From positions 5,270,001-5,334,000 of the forward strand of contig CM060731.1 of NCBI GenBank assembly GCA_030704615.1: a stretch of DNA of 64,000 nucleotides. The letters are read 5' to 3'. Below the pieces are notes generated by a model, which saw only the letters and a list, made by a program, of their open reading frames with translations, had not been told where the DNA came from and made no database searches. This document shows, in pieces, positions 60,460-64,000 of the stretch (its first letter is position 1; every line of letters starts with the position of its first letter). This DNA is from Takakia lepidozioides. Lineage: Eukaryota; Plantae; Bryophyta. Made by a program: the position numbers and the translations under genes.

Positions 60460-62202
60460 AATGTCCCTGTGATAATGCAAGCTCGAGGGTATATGAAGAA
60501 AAGTGGACACCATTGTTGTGCCCGTGATTCGTTTATCTATTTTTTGTCTGTTCCTTTCCTCCCTTGTATGTGAGTGTGTACGCTCTTTCGAATTTTCATG
60601 AGTTTGCTCTTCGCCGCCTAGAATCCCTTCCAACAGCGACTGCTCAACGACTCAGCCTTGTTTGTTTTTTCGAATTACTCAGGAGAGATGTTTATCAGAC
60701 TCCCGTTTACGATTCGGTAGACTGGAACTGATTGCTAAGATTTGTTTCCAAGTGTCTACTCGTCAATTGTCCTCCTGAAAGTCGGAATGCTTCCCTGCCA
60801 TGTCCACATGCACTAGTTTTCATTGAGTGTTTCTCAACTGTTGAGTGATAGTCATTGTGAAAGATACATCTAGACCTGGTTGATTCATACGAATTTCAAT
60901 GCCGAGAATCTGAAACTGAAGAACTTAATGATCTTACGGTTCCCCATCATGTTATCTTCCGCTCGTCAGAAGGAGAGTAGTCTTTCAACCTCATTTGCCC
61001 ACATTAACTATAACTCCGTTGGATTCATGGAGGTGCAGTGAATGACAGACAGAGGGGCATCAACAGCCCTCCATTGGTTTCCTTATGACTCTATACCAAA
61101 TATCTTTGTCCATAGCATTTCAAGCAAACAATTTCCATTCCAGATAAAGACTGAAGAACCAAATAGCAAGTAGAGGCTAACCTTGCACTGACCGCTCTCC
61201 AGTGAAGCACTGAAATAGTGGCTTCGAATAGGAATTTGGTGGTGACGTGTACAAAGTCAAGACTTCTCAGAGTTGGTCGAAGTCTTCCTGCCCTCGTGGT
61301 CCACATATCATTCTGTCAAGCATGTTCCTTTGAAATGTTTAGTTGGTTGGTTGCCTGAACTGGCACCAAAGTAGTAGGTGTTTGCAACATTTGAAGTAAC
61401 GATAGTCGAGTTGCAATGACCCAATGGTAACTAATTGGTGAAATATAGCTATACAGAGCTATGGGACTTGGACTTTAAGTTAAACTTGTCGCTCTGAAAC
61501 TACAATATGGGAAAAAAGAGACAAAATATTAGAGATTTTGGGGGTTGAACACATGGTATTACCGTGGCCTCTGAGGAAATCAGCTAAGCAACCATCAGTA
61601 GGCCAACTTAGTTTGCTCTCAATCTTTGCTTAACACAAGGCCCAAATTCACCGCCCAATGTTTGGAGGTGAGGTAGATTGTAATATATGGCTCACTAACT
61701 ACAGCACAGATCGCCTTGTAAGAGGTGGTTATTCCAAGCTACATAGATGTATGTTGGATGTTACCCATTGTAACCAACCTAACTGTGCAAGAGGGTTGTT
61801 GGATCAACCCATCACCTAATGTGTGAAGTGTGGATACTTGGAGACTTTCGAGTCCTTGGGGGAGGTTTTGACTTTGACAACTGCGATCTCAATAAAAGAA
61901 GAGCAACAAGTTGTAAGCATGCACGAATATGAATAGAACAAAACCTGATACATTAACATGGAAAGAGCCGAAGCAAACCCAGCCTAAGTTGGCCGAATTA
62001 GCTCCACACTTCACACTTTGACAGTCAGTTCACTTTTATTATTTGACCAAAAGCTGAAACACCTTTCCCATGAAAGCATGTGAGAGAGGGATGGGCTTGG
62101 GGAAAATGCTTAGCACACGTCTTGGTCCTCCATATTTGTTGTGCATGAACAACATTCAATATATGAGTCAGTTTGCAAGAAAACACAAATGGCGGCGTAA
62201 AC

Positions 62203-64000
<1,798 letters not shown>

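Noticed and set aside
60121-60633. 170-aa antisense ORF
   Set aside because: Shadow of RPL24.

Overview
Nuclear DNA of a land plant, most likely a bryophyte or other non-seed plant. This is inferred from GT-AG introns, a telo-box, PLS/E/DYW-type PPR remnants and a plastid-like 16S fragment. Only three clearly intact host genes are present: RPL37 (4 exons, minus strand), an intronless RPL24 (plus) and the 3' part of PCNA (minus). The rest is transposons and decayed genes. The main element is a 12.57-kb Mutator-like element (19673-32242) with 330-380-bp TIRs and a perfect 9-bp TSD. It encodes a SWIM/DDE transposase that resembles a conserved land-plant host gene family, plus a convergent multi-exon Zn-finger/Gln-Thr-repeat/Ulp1-protease accessory gene. 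One short motif (AGTCYG/CRGACT) saturates its TIRs, introns and exons with clear strand polarity, reminiscent of VANDAL/VANC anti-silencing arrays. The window also holds: a full-length 4.57-kb piggyBac (TTAA TSD); a truncated MULE with a GCM-like DNA-binding domain; three hAT MITEs with 8-bp TSDs; three copies of a tRNA-derived SINE; a 5'-truncated LINE with a 16-bp TSD; a small Helitron just upstream of RPL24; several PPR pseudogenes; an atypical kinase pseudogene with a rearranged duplicate; and other gene relics. All family assignments come from motif recognition by eye; no database search was run.
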